The notes under the pieces are model-generated. The model was not told the DNA's origin, ran no database searches, and saw nothing but the letters and a program-made list of their open reading frames with translations. The position numbers and the translations under genes were made by a program. DNA of 64,000 nt from a virus (taxonomy: Duplodnaviria > Caudoviricetes). Below are positions 18,055 to 25,878 of this stretch, in pieces; within the stretch, counting starts at the first letter, position 1, and each line of letters begins with the position of its first letter. The stretch lies in IMG/VR virus record IMGVR_UViG_3300033145_002015, positions 1-64,000 of that record; one strand, given 5' to 3'.

Positions 18055-18280
18055 AGTAATAACGCTCCCCCCGGTTTTTAACGAACCGGCTGACCAACCA
18101 TAGTAATAACCTTCGCATTGGTTTTTAACGAACGCTCCCCCCGACTGACGTGGGGACCAACCTGCCATTCAACCGACCATAGTAATAACCCTGAGGAAAG
18201 TTTTTAACGCTCCCGCCGACCGACATGGGACCATCGACCACGCCGACTATAGTAATAACGATAAAAAAATTTTTTGACGC
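18055..18280 (-). repeat. Four copies of bipartite AGTAATAAC-N-TTTTTAACG motif
   Basis: Copies at 18055, 18102, 18181, 18251. Confidence 0.85.
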
Positions 18281-18302
18281 CCCCCGCAATCGATTGCGGG
18301 GG
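18281..18302. promoter_or_regulatory. 22-bp perfect palindrome containing the CGCAATCGATTGCG core
   Basis: CCCCCGCAATCGATTGCGGGGG. Confidence 0.85.
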
Positions 18303-18310
18303 ACTATCGA

Positions 18311-18511
18311 CTATAGCAGGATAAACTGATCGGTCTTCTCCCGACAGTCTCCCCGACACTGGATATGAACCACCAGCCGGGCGGTGGTATCCGTCACCCA
18401 GATGGACCACCGGGAGTCGAGGATACTGCTTTTACATATGGGGCAACCCTGTGCTGCAAGATCATCAACCATCTCCTGCAGATCTTCTGATCTATACCTC
18501 GAAACTGGCAT
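18311..18511 (-). CDS. Small zinc-ribbon protein
   Basis: CPIC...CRGDC; AGGAGGATGGTCATG start. Confidence 0.55.
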   Translation of the reverse strand: MPVSRYRSEDLQEMVDDLAAQGCPICKSSILDSRWSIWVTDTTARLVVHIQCRGDCREKTDQFILL

Positions 18512-19010
18512 GACCATCCTCCTTTCCGATGTCGAAAGTAATTACTTCATCCCCATGCTCCACCCGAACGGTCACGCCGCTGGGTTCCCCATGCATGGGG
18601 TGACCGTTATCGTCGAACCCGTTGAAGGTATCCTCGAAGGCGACCATCACCTGCGCCCCGTCCAGCATCCAAGGTGGTGCCCCTAGGGGGAACTCGAAGA
18701 ACCCTGGGTCTCGCCGGTCCAGAAAATGGAATGCCGGCATCGTCACCTCGACCACCCTCCCCTCGATTTCCGAAGGAGACCATAGGGCTCGAACTATCAG
18801 GTACCAATTCTTGTGTTCCGGGTGCCGGAGGATCACAACCCCCGTCATCCGGTGGCCGTTACCGACCTCCGCCGTTCGGTGGGAGAGATACGGACTACGC
18901 CGGCGGCGATACACCACCGACTCCCCCCTGCAGATCACCTCCAACGAGGTGGAATCTGCGAGGGATTGAATCCTTCTTTTCACTTCCAACCATTGCGCCA
19001 TGTTCGCCAT
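18492..19010 (-). CDS. Hypothetical early protein
   Basis: AGGAGGATGGTTATG start downstream of promoter. Confidence 0.6.
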   Translation of the reverse strand: MANMAQWLEVKRRIQSLADSTSLEVICRGESVVYRRRRSPYLSHRTAEVGNGHRMTGVVILRHPEHKNWYLIVRALWSPSEIEGRVVEVTMPAFHFLDRRDPGFFEFPLGAPPWMLDGAQVMVAFEDTFNGFDDNGHPMHGEPSGVTVRVEHGDEVITFDIGKEDGHASFEV

Positions 19011-19049
19011 AACCATCCTCCTTTCTGCTCGGGTTTGCGTTTATAGTGC

Positions 19050-19078
19050 CTTATAGTAAACCTTATCACTATATGCAA
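19050..19078 (-). promoter_or_regulatory. sigma70-like promoter
   Basis: TTGCAT-17-TATAAG with upstream T tract. Confidence 0.6.
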
Positions 19079-19090
19079 GAAAAATCGTAA

Positions 19091-19110
19091 CCGGGGGATC
19101 GCTCCCCCGG
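19091..19110 (-). terminator. Terminator hairpin
   Basis: CCGGGGGA-loop-TCCCCCGG then T-rich sequence on minus strand. Confidence 0.65.
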
Positions 19111-19118
19111 CCGCGCTA

Positions 19119-19208
19119 CTATCTGAAGTCTGTGATCCTTCCGACCGCCACCATCAAAGCAATGACAGCGACTCCCGCCCCGCCAAAGATTAAAATCATT
19201 TCGACCAT
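19119..19208 (-). CDS. 29-aa single-pass membrane peptide (not in ORF track)
   Basis: RBS AGGAGG; MVEMILIFGGAGVAVIALMVAVGRITDFR. Confidence 0.55.
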   Translation of the reverse strand: MVEMILIFGGAGVAVIALMVAVGRITDFR

Positions 19209-19221
19209 CGACCACCTCCTC

Positions 19222-19557
19222 CTATGCCGGAAGGTTGCTCCACCTCCGACGGTTGAACCAGTCCCCTTCCGGAGCGCCGACTATCTCCCCGGTGAATCCG
19301 TCAACCGTCAATTTTTGCCAATATGGCTGGAAAGTTCGGAGGTGAACCCTCCAACAAGAGTTCTTTTCTTTTTTGATGCCTTCGGAGGGAAGAGCATATG
19401 CGTGGTCAACCACCCACCTCATGGGGGTCCGACCATTGCGGGGGGCCACCACTTTGGTGAACCCCCCGATGAAGATTTCATGCCCAACGTCGGGCATTTT
19501 TTGTGAAAGTCTCTTTGCAATCCTTTCCGCAACCCTCTTTCTAATCAATGTCTTCAT
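19222..19557 (-). CDS. Hypothetical early protein
   Basis: AGGAGGATGGTCATG start. Confidence 0.6.
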   Translation of the reverse strand: MKTLIRKRVAERIAKRLSQKMPDVGHEIFIGGFTKVVAPRNGRTPMRWVVDHAYALPSEGIKKEKNSCWRVHLRTFQPYWQKLTVDGFTGEIVGAPEGDWFNRRRWSNLPA

Positions 19558-19592
19558 GACCATCCTCCTTTCTGCCTTCTAGTTTGAAACAA

Positions 19593-19620
19593 AAATATAT
19601 TATAGAAAGAGGGGTGTCAA
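19593..19620 (-). promoter_or_regulatory. sigma70-like promoter
   Basis: TTTTTTCTTGACA-16-TATATT. Confidence 0.65.
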
Positions 19621-19781
19621 GAAAAAAAGTAACCATGATTCAGAGAGGAAATGACGCGGGACTCCCCCCGCTCGACCGATGCAATCAACGAACTAAAGAA
19701 GGAACCAACGAACCTGTGTCTCCACAGACCAACGAACCAAGGATCAAACCGACGGGAGACTCGCCGAACCGACCACCCTTC

Positions 19782-19846
19782 TGTAATAACCTTCGGATCT
19801 ATTTTAACGAACCCAAGTAATAACCTTCGGACGGATTTTTGAACGA
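19782..19846 (-). repeat. Two copies of the bipartite GTAATAAC motif
   Basis: Copies at 19782 and 19816. Confidence 0.75.
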
Positions 19847-19872
19847 TAAAAAAGCCCCGCTATAGCGGGGCT
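19847..19872 (-). terminator. Rho-independent terminator
   Basis: AGCCCCGC-TATA-GCGGGGCT followed by a T tract. Confidence 0.8.
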
Positions 19873-19902
19873 GACGCCACCCAGGGGAGAAAGGAGGAGA
19901 AA

Positions 19903-20148
19903 CTACCCTGAACGGCAGACTGTGACAAACGGCTCGAACACCGCCCCCCGCGGGTTGGAGACGAGCGCTTCCGACCCATCAGGGAACGTAACCTTCACGG
20001 TCGGGTCCACTGACCCGTTGCAATGCGGACAATATTCACTCGCGCAAGCGCAATCCACAAAGGACCCTCCCATACTGGAAGCCAACTCCAACGGGAAGAT
20101 GTTCTCCCTTTCATCTTCAAACCTTCGCTCGAACTCCTCTGCAATCAT
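19903..20148 (-). CDS. Small Cys-containing hypothetical protein
   Basis: AGGAGGATGGTCATG start; CAC...CPHC. Confidence 0.55.
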   Translation of the reverse strand: MIAEEFERRFEDERENIFPLELASSMGGSFVDCACASEYCPHCNGSVDPTVKVTFPDGSEALVSNPRGAVFEPFVTVCRSG

Positions 20149-20158
20149 GACCATCCTC

Positions 20159-20419
20159 CTAGCAGTGATTGACTATGTCCGAGATGATCTCGTCAACCAC
20201 CAACGAGTACTCCAGCGCCGACAGGTCCCCCCGCTCATAGAGGTACCGTCGCGCCGACTTAATCGCCCGGTTGGTCACATTGAACCGACCTTTTATGGGC
20301 CAAAGGTGCGACTCGTCTTGCTGTCGGTAAAGCCGATCGACCACCCGATATTGCTTTTGCCGATCGGACTGCGACGTTTCGGCCACCTCTGCAATTTCAT
20401 ACGGACTACGCATTCTCAT
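20159..20419 (-). CDS. Hypothetical early protein
   Basis: RBS AGGAGG downstream of a consensus promoter. Confidence 0.6.
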   Translation of the reverse strand: MRMRSPYEIAEVAETSQSDRQKQYRVVDRLYRQQDESHLWPIKGRFNVTNRAIKSARRYLYERGDLSALEYSLVVDEIISDIVNHC

Positions 20420-20448
20420 TCCTCCTTTCTCTGTTTAGTTGTGGCGCT

Positions 20449-20477
20449 ATTATACTATAAGGAAAAAGAATAGTCAA
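20449..20477 (-). promoter_or_regulatory. sigma70 promoter
   Basis: TTGACT-17-TATAAT; palindrome copy at 20494 just upstream. Confidence 0.85.
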
Positions 20478-20520
20478 TAAAAAAGTGAACTCCCGCAATC
20501 AATTGCGCCTGACGAACGGT

Positions 20521-20536
20521 TGGCACGCTTCTTGCA
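20521..20536 (+). promoter_or_regulatory. sigma54-type promoter motif
   Basis: TGGCACGCTTCTTGCA matches the TGGCACG-N4-TTGCW consensus. Confidence 0.55.
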
Positions 20537-20583
20537 ATTTCCTTTATATATAGTGTCTCCGGCAACCAACTTCCCACCCGACC

Positions 20584-20613
20584 AAAAAAAGAAGCGGGGG
20601 GCGAACCCCCCGC
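20584..20613 (-). terminator. Rho-independent terminator
   Basis: GCGGGGGG-TTCG-CCCCCCGC, then TTC and a T tract on minus strand. Confidence 0.8.
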
Positions 20614-20619
20614 CCTTCG

Positions 20620-21018
20620 CTACATCTCCGCAACCCGCTTAAGGGCTGCCTTGATTTCTCGATCCAGATTGTCGTCCAACGACCACACGATTGTATCCTC
20701 AAAATAATCCCTCAGCATGAACCTTCGCACCAATTGATGAGACCGCTCCCCGCGAACCACCAACCGGAATTCCGTAGGGTCCGTCTTTGGAATATATACG
20801 TCTAAATCAACCCATCCGACGTAGTATCCGTCTTCGTTCATGACGTGAAAGCTACCGCTGGCAACCCACTCATCTTTCTGGGGCCGATCTTCGACCGTCC
20901 AATCCACGTCGAACCCGCTTCCATGCGGGAGCGCCGACGCTACGGCCTTGCATAGCTCTTCCCGAAGATGGTCGATCCTTGCATACCGACCATTATCCGT
21001 CATCTCCAGCATCTTCAT
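20620..21018 (-). CDS. Hypothetical protein
   Basis: Start reassigned to MKMLEM; LPHGSGFD...SFHVMNEDGYYVGW motif. Confidence 0.6.
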   Translation of the reverse strand: MKMLEMTDNGRYARIDHLREELCKAVASALPHGSGFDVDWTVEDRPQKDEWVASGSFHVMNEDGYYVGWVDLDVYIPKTDPTEFRLVVRGERSHQLVRRFMLRDYFEDTIVWSLDDNLDREIKAALKRVAEM

Positions 21019-21124
21019 CAACCCCCTTCTGCAGATCATTAACAATTCCCGCCAACCCTTGCATGATCGCAAGGATGGCGACCACCACGCCTCCAAAAAT
21101 TAAGGCTACAAAAAGAAATTCCAT
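20993..21124 (-). CDS. 43-aa single-pass membrane peptide (not in ORF track)
   Basis: RBS AAGGGGG; MEFLFVALIFGGVVVAILAIMQGLAGIVNDLQKGVDEDAGDDG. Confidence 0.55.
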   Translation of the reverse strand: MEFLFVALIFGGVVVAILAIMQGLAGIVNDLQKGVDEDAGDDG

Positions 21125-21153
21125 CAACTACCCCCTTTCATCAGTTTGGAATA

Positions 21154-21182
21154 AGAATATCCTATAAAGAAATATATGTCAA
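21154..21182 (-). promoter_or_regulatory. sigma70 promoter
   Basis: TTGACA-17-TATTCT. Confidence 0.8.
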
Positions 21183-21372
21183 GGAAAAAAGCGACCCTAG
21201 CCCCGAACCCCCGCCGACCACCTCGCAGGCTCTCGACCCCGAACCCCACTGACGAACTGACTGCAGATTGAACCGACGGATCGACTAAGGACCGAACTGA
21301 CGGACTGACCAAAGATTGAACTGACGAACTCGTAATCGAACAAAAAAGTGGGGAGCCGACTGACTCCTCCAT

Positions 21373-21435
21373 AGTAATAACTACCGCAGATATTTTAACC
21401 CTCCCCCAGTAATAACCCGGGGGAAAGTTTTCAAC
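21373..21435 (-). repeat. Two copies of the bipartite AGTAATAAC motif
   Basis: Copies at 21373 and 21408. Confidence 0.8.
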
Positions 21436-21617
21436 CTGCCTTTCGATACAGGTCTTTCATGTTAGCCAACTGCCAATCCTGCCATCGCTTCCAATGATTC
21501 TTCCGACAAACGTTCGAGCTTGCTCCATCTCAACCCGATTCATTGCGGGATACTCGACCCGCCAATCGGTCTCCGACTTGCAAACCCCTATTACGTGATA
21601 TGTATGGCTCCGTCCCA

Positions 21618-21881
21618 TCAGCGACCTCCCAACACGTCCTTCGTCCTCTTCCAGGCCTCCGTCGGCCCGAGGGCAATGCACGGACATAGTTGACTGTATT
21701 GGGGCAATCCCACGCTCGACGTACACACGTGGCATGGAATAGATAAACCGTCGGGTCTGAAAATCTCGGCGGGGCGCCGGCCTGGGTCGAAACCGGGAGC
21801 TGCGGGGCACCCGTCGAACTTCCCCAGCTCCGCCATAATCCTTAACCTTCTTAAATGAGTCTTCCGACTGTACTTTCTCAT
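21618..21881 (-). CDS. Hypothetical protein
   Basis: ORF, 4-nt overlap with upstream gene. Confidence 0.45.
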   Translation of the reverse strand: MRKYSRKTHLRRLRIMAELGKFDGCPAAPGFDPGRRPAEIFRPDGLSIPCHVCTSSVGLPQYSQLCPCIALGPTEAWKRTKDVLGGR

Positions 21882-22108
21882 TTCTCTGTCTCCTTTCCCG
21901 ACCTCAAATGATGGGCCAACAGGTAGAGCCCTTCATCGTAATTGAGGGTCATGATATCCAGAATCACCAAGTCCCTTACAGAAATCCGACCATCTTGATT
22001 AGTTAGAATGTCATATCGATCGCACGCCCAATCCACCAACTCGGCGGGAGCCGTACGATCATTCGCCAGCCGCTCGACCGTCTCCATGATCTGATTCATG
22101 AATCCCAT
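21878..22108 (-). CDS. Hypothetical protein
   Basis: RBS AAGGGG. Confidence 0.55.
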   Translation of the reverse strand: MGFMNQIMETVERLANDRTAPAELVDWACDRYDILTNQDGRISVRDLVILDIMTLNYDEGLYLLAHHLRSGKETEK

Positions 22109-22120
22109 CGTTTCCCCTTT

Positions 22121-22375
22121 CTACCAGCCGAAGAGCCATTGAGGATCCTTCTTCGTTTTTTCAACCACCTCCCGATAGACCTCCTCCCAGCCTTCCCGAT
22201 TCAATGTCTCCTGACCTTCCTCGGTCGGGCGCGGAGGCAACCAGCCTTCCCAGAGATCTCGAACCACATCGCTGGTTGTAGTCGTCCGCAAGGGATCGAG
22301 CAGCCACTCCCGAAGCACAGCCTTGGCTGCATCCTGGGGAGTAGCATAAACTTTTCCGAACCCAAATCCCATCAC
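22121..22375 (-). CDS. Hypothetical protein
   Basis: First gene after the promoter at 22436. Confidence 0.55.
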   Translation of the reverse strand: MMGFGFGKVYATPQDAAKAVLREWLLDPLRTTTTSDVVRDLWEGWLPPRPTEEGQETLNREGWEEVYREVVEKTKKDPQWLFGW

Positions 22376-22406
22376 TTTCCCCCTTTCTTTATTTTATTTG
22401 AATAAG

Positions 22407-22436
22407 AGAATATCATAAAGAGTATAGGAATGTCAA
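22407..22436 (-). promoter_or_regulatory. sigma70 promoter
   Basis: TTGACA-18-TATTCT; palindrome at 22462 upstream. Confidence 0.75.
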
Positions 22437-22602
22437 GGAAAAAAGCGACCCTATAAAGAGGCGCAATTAATTGCGGGTACGGGGCGACCCGACCAACCCG
22501 AGAATCAACGAACCGGGGAGCCCATCTTCCTGCTAACCAACCCGTGAACTCGCTCCCCCGCCGACCAACCGGAAAGTAATCCCCTCCCAACGAACCGGGG
22601 CC

Positions 22603-22708
22603 GGTAATAACCTCCAACCGAATTTTTAACCCTCCCCCACAGTAATAACTATCCTGGATTTTTTAACGCTCCCCTACAGTAATAACCATCGAACTAATTT
22701 TCAGACCC
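22603..22708 (-). repeat. Three copies of the bipartite GTAATAAC motif at ~37-38-bp period
   Basis: Copies at 22603, 22641, 22678. Confidence 0.8.
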
Positions 22709-22738
22709 ACTTCCCCGCCGGACCGACAACGATCGCAT

Positions 22739-22850
22739 GGTCTGACCAACAAAAATTTCCAACTGCCCTATACCCTAGGGTCTGACCAACAAAAATTTCC
22801 GACTGCCCTATGCCATAGGGTCTGACCAACAAAAATTTCCAACTGCCCTA
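22739..22850. repeat. 40-bp tandem repeat (~2.8 copies)
   Basis: TCTGACCAACAAAAATTTCC(A/G)ACTGCCCTA at 22741, 22781, 22821. Confidence 0.95.
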
Positions 22851-22996
22851 CGGACTAACCCTTAGAGAAGGAGGGCTGGAAAGAAGAGGGGTTGAGGGAT
22901 TAGAGAAGGAGAGGGAGAAGGGGGGTACAGACTAACCCCGGTAGAAGGGATGGGAGAAGAATTGGAGGAGTACATAAACTAACCCCAATAGAAGAG

Positions 22997-23350
22997 ATGG
23001 AGAAAAAAAGAGAGGATGAACTGACTACGGGGGAAGACCTGTATGAATTAATTCCTGGAGAGAGACGTCCCCCCCGCCGTTGGTGGGAGGAAGAGGGAAA
23101 TATAGATCTCGACTCCCCCCCGCCTTGGGGGAGAGGAAAAGAGAGGGGTATATATAGACTGACTCCCCCCCGCCGGCTGACCAGGGAAATAGAAAAGGCT
23201 CTCCCCCCCGCTGCATTTCCGCAATTGATTGCGGGGATATTGAGAATAAAAGCGGTCCCCCCTGAAGGAAAAGAATTATTCGTAAAGGGTCCGCTCCCCC
23301 GCGTTGAGGGAGCGGTAAAATGTAGAAAAGATAAAATCCCAGTAGAATAA
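22997..23350 (+). CDS. Possible plus-strand low-complexity ORF (doubtful)
   Basis: Only plus-strand ORF not shadowing a minus-strand gene; lies in a purine-rich block. Confidence 0.25.
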   Translation: MEKKREDELTTGEDLYELIPGERRPPRRWWEEEGNIDLDSPPPWGRGKERGIYRLTPPRRLTREIEKALPPAAFPQLIAGILRIKAVPPEGKELFVKGPLPRVEGAVKCRKDKIPVE

Positions 23351-23372
23351 GATCTTATACTAAATTAGCTTT

Positions 23373-23541
23373 CCATCCCAAGTGACATTGAGGGACGGGG
23401 GAGTGTGGGTCGGACTCGAACCGACTGAGGGGGCGGCTCGGGACCGCCTCACTATACCTTGCTACTGCACCCCCCGATGGCCTCACAGTCCACCTCCCCC
23501 TGACGGTCCCTTAACAGCCCCTCAATATCACTTGGGGATGG
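23373..23541 (-). ncRNA. Candidate tRNA-like structured RNA
   Basis: 22-bp terminal inverted repeat enclosing a perfect T-arm (GTCGG-TTCGAGT-CCGAC), a 5-bp/7-nt anticodon-like arm and an 11-bp closing stem. Confidence 0.55.
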
Positions 23542-23545
23542 TGAT

Positions 23546-23740
23546 TCAATTTCCTTTCCGGCCTCGCTCAGGATAGAACAAAGCGACATCTTCGCTCCCG
23601 CATTCCGGGCAACGCCACGTCCAATTTTTGTCCGGAATTGGAACCACGCAATTGAAGGCACAGCCCCTTCCCAGACATTTCAGGCCCACGCAGCGTAAGG
23701 GGCCTGGCTTCTTGATCTGATAATGCTTCATATGAATCAT
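23546..23740 (-). CDS. Small zinc-ribbon protein
   Basis: C...C...C, CPECGS; start reassigned. Confidence 0.5.
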   Translation of the reverse strand: MIHMKHYQIKKPGPLRCVGLKCLGRGCAFNCVVPIPDKNWTWRCPECGSEDVALFYPERGRKGN

Positions 23741-23795
23741 AGGTTTTTCCTTTTCTACCCCAGGGCCGAAGCCCTGGGGCGGTTGATTATTCCTT

Positions 23796-24551
23796 TTAAA
23801 TGATTTTCGTCTCCGTTTCCTCACCGCCTTCGCGGTGACAATGGAAAACAGGATGATCAGGGTTGACCACAGCCAGCCATGCAACTGTATACGCACGGCC
23901 GGATCGAACACCCCCGCGGATCTCTTTATACCACAGAGGCGTCCCCCGAAGATTCGCATGAAACTGACGCCCGAACCCCTTGAGAGTGGTTTTGGAGTAC
24001 GCAGAAATAAAAACCAGTCGGCCCTCCGGCTCCAAACCGTCTGCAGGAAGGAGAACACAGTAACGATCTTCTTCTTGGCGTTCTTCCGCCCCCTCCGCAT
24101 CAGGAGCGCATCGTCTGTATCCCGACACGGGTCCGTGGTGCATTGTCATCCGGGTCCACTTCTGGACCCAAACAGTCTTCTTGACGATCTTTTCACTAAA
24201 GACGCAAATTTGGCCGGGCTCGGGTAGACCAATGTGGCTGTAGAGGTCAATTCGACCGTACCAATCTGCACCGAACCTTTTTCCTTTAAGGACCGATTGG
24301 AAAACCTTTCGGTCCCCTTCTTGGGCCTGGAATTCTTCCCACCCTAAGCCTGCGATAGCCTTATCGAGCTGGACTACCGTGGAAAATAAGGTTTCTCTGG
24401 ATTCGACCACCTCCGGCCTGCGCTGCTTTCTGTCCAAGCAGGTCGGACAATGCTTGGGAAATGCCTCGAATTTAAGGGCTGCGAATGTGGCGACGTCCAC
24501 TTTGAAAGTCGCATTGCATTTCTGACACGTTGCTGTAACCTGCAGAGTCAT
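23796..24551 (-). CDS. Hypothetical protein with N-terminal zinc finger
   Basis: CQKC...CPTC; RBS GGAGG. Confidence 0.65.
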   Translation of the reverse strand: MTLQVTATCQKCNATFKVDVATFAALKFEAFPKHCPTCLDRKQRRPEVVESRETLFSTVVQLDKAIAGLGWEEFQAQEGDRKVFQSVLKGKRFGADWYGRIDLYSHIGLPEPGQICVFSEKIVKKTVWVQKWTRMTMHHGPVSGYRRCAPDAEGAEERQEEDRYCVLLPADGLEPEGRLVFISAYSKTTLKGFGRQFHANLRGTPLWYKEIRGGVRSGRAYTVAWLAVVNPDHPVFHCHREGGEETETKII

Positions 24552-25141
24552 TTTATTTCTCCTTCCATTAAGAGTGCCCTTAGCCGACTTAAAATGGCTG
24601 TGGGCGGTTTGGTCTCCTTACCCCGTGCCCAGCGCCACAGCAGATTCCATTCCGAATCGCTGCAATGGGCACGGACGGCAAGCCAAAACTTCCTGTTCCT
24701 CTGAGGAATGGGCGCCACATCCCTCTCCCGCCGGACCGTCTCAAGGTTTTCATATAGTCTATCCTCATCCCACCCCCTTTTCCTGCGTTGTACAATAATT
24801 GCCTTGTGCCGACGGCACAGGCGACCAAAAACCTCGTCCTTGTAGACGCCGGGCCTCTCGCAACCCGTGCATCCACAAGGCGGGGTTGATGGGTTGTCCT
24901 CTTGGCCGCTTTGATTAAAGTATCCCAAATCGCGACCAAGCCGACGAAGCTCCCTATCAATTGTCCTAGCTAGACTACGATCTTTGGCTGGACTCAGCAC
25001 TGTACTCAGCCTGATGGTCTGATCGTAGTCTTCCGGACACACATGCCGGAGGAAACGAAACCGCGTCCTGCGGCATGCTATGCCGTAGGCATATTTGAAC
25101 AGGGAGTTACTCAATTTATTCTTTCTCCTCTCAAAATTCAA
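24548..25141 (-). CDS. Hypothetical protein
   Basis: ORF with 4-nt overlaps; CGCTGC...C..H. Confidence 0.6.
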   Translation of the reverse strand: MNFERRKNKLSNSLFKYAYGIACRRTRFRFLRHVCPEDYDQTIRLSTVLSPAKDRSLARTIDRELRRLGRDLGYFNQSGQEDNPSTPPCGCTGCERPGVYKDEVFGRLCRRHKAIIVQRRKRGWDEDRLYENLETVRRERDVAPIPQRNRKFWLAVRAHCSDSEWNLLWRWARGKETKPPTAILSRLRALLMEGEIK

Positions 25142-25584
25142 AATGTCGAAATATGCGCCCGCACGATGTCATCATCAACGTCGTGCCAAGTCTCCGCGCC
25201 AAACGTTTCTGGCCGGAGACCGAGCGCGTCCCATGCTTCCCATTCATCATCGACGACCCTGCCATCGATGATGTAAACCGTCTCTCCTCCCTCCCCGATC
25301 CACCGACCGTCCGCCGGATGTCCTGCGATCTTGAGATAGGGAGAAGCAATGATCCGATTGAGATGATCGTACTCCGCCACAACCACGGCGAAGAATTGGT
25401 CCGCAACGATCACCTCTATTCCCTCTTTCTCAAAGTCCGGCCAAAATCGGGGTTCGGGCACGATGCCCGATTGCCCTGGCCGGAATTCAACGACCCATAG
25501 ATTCTTCTTTTGCATGGTCTGCTCCTCTCCCCCGACCCCCGTAATGGAGGTCGGGGTCGTGGGATCATTTGTTGATTCTGACAA
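25138..25584 (-). CDS. Hypothetical protein (start uncertain)
   Basis: ORF in gene run. Confidence 0.55.
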   Translation of the reverse strand: MSESTNDPTTPTSITGVGGEEQTMQKKNLWVVEFRPGQSGIVPEPRFWPDFEKEGIEVIVADQFFAVVVAEYDHLNRIIASPYLKIAGHPADGRWIGEGGETVYIIDGRVVDDEWEAWDALGLRPETFGAETWHDVDDDIVRAHISTF

Positions 25585-25777
25585 TCACCCCGTCCCGCAC
25601 CTCTGCGGAAAGATACCAACGGTGGGGTTCCGGGTAGTGCGGCCCTTCCAAGGAAACCATCCCGTCCTTCACGGTCGGGCCGAATGGACCCGGTTGGTAG
25701 ACTTCGATGGTCTCCCCCCGCTTGAATGCGTCAACGAGGGCCTTTTTGGTTTTGAAGTTTCTCACCGTGTAAGCCAT
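25565..25777 (-). CDS. Small conserved phage protein
   Basis: MAYTVRNFKTKKAL...YQPGPFG...LEGPHYPEPHRWY; start reassigned downstream of promoter. Confidence 0.7.
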   Translation of the reverse strand: MAYTVRNFKTKKALVDAFKRGETIEVYQPGPFGPTVKDGMVSLEGPHYPEPHRWYLSAEVRDGVIVRINK

Positions 25778-25807
25778 AATCCGCACCCCCTTTATAATTT
25801 TAGGATA

Positions 25808-25836
25808 AGGGTATATTATAAAGAAGAAAATGTCAA
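25808..25836 (-). promoter_or_regulatory. sigma70-like promoter
   Basis: TTCTTGACA-17-TACCCT in a TATAATATA context. Confidence 0.65.
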
Positions 25837-25878
25837 GAAGAAAATGAACTATCGCTTCGCCGTATGATAATCTTCCCG

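Noticed and set aside
22739-22850. 40-bp repeats as a mini-CRISPR array
   Set aside because: The variable part is only ~8 bp and similar between copies.
23373-23541. Canonical tRNA-Arg(CCG), tmRNA or SRP RNA
   Set aside because: C instead of U33, extra nucleotides between arms and no CCA; the 3' acceptor does not pair with a GGGGCTG 5' end as tmRNA would need; no SRP domain IV in the right order.
23452-23661. 69-aa minus-strand ORF over the structured element
   Set aside because: Overlaps the zinc-ribbon gene in another frame and the structured RNA; no RBS or motif support.
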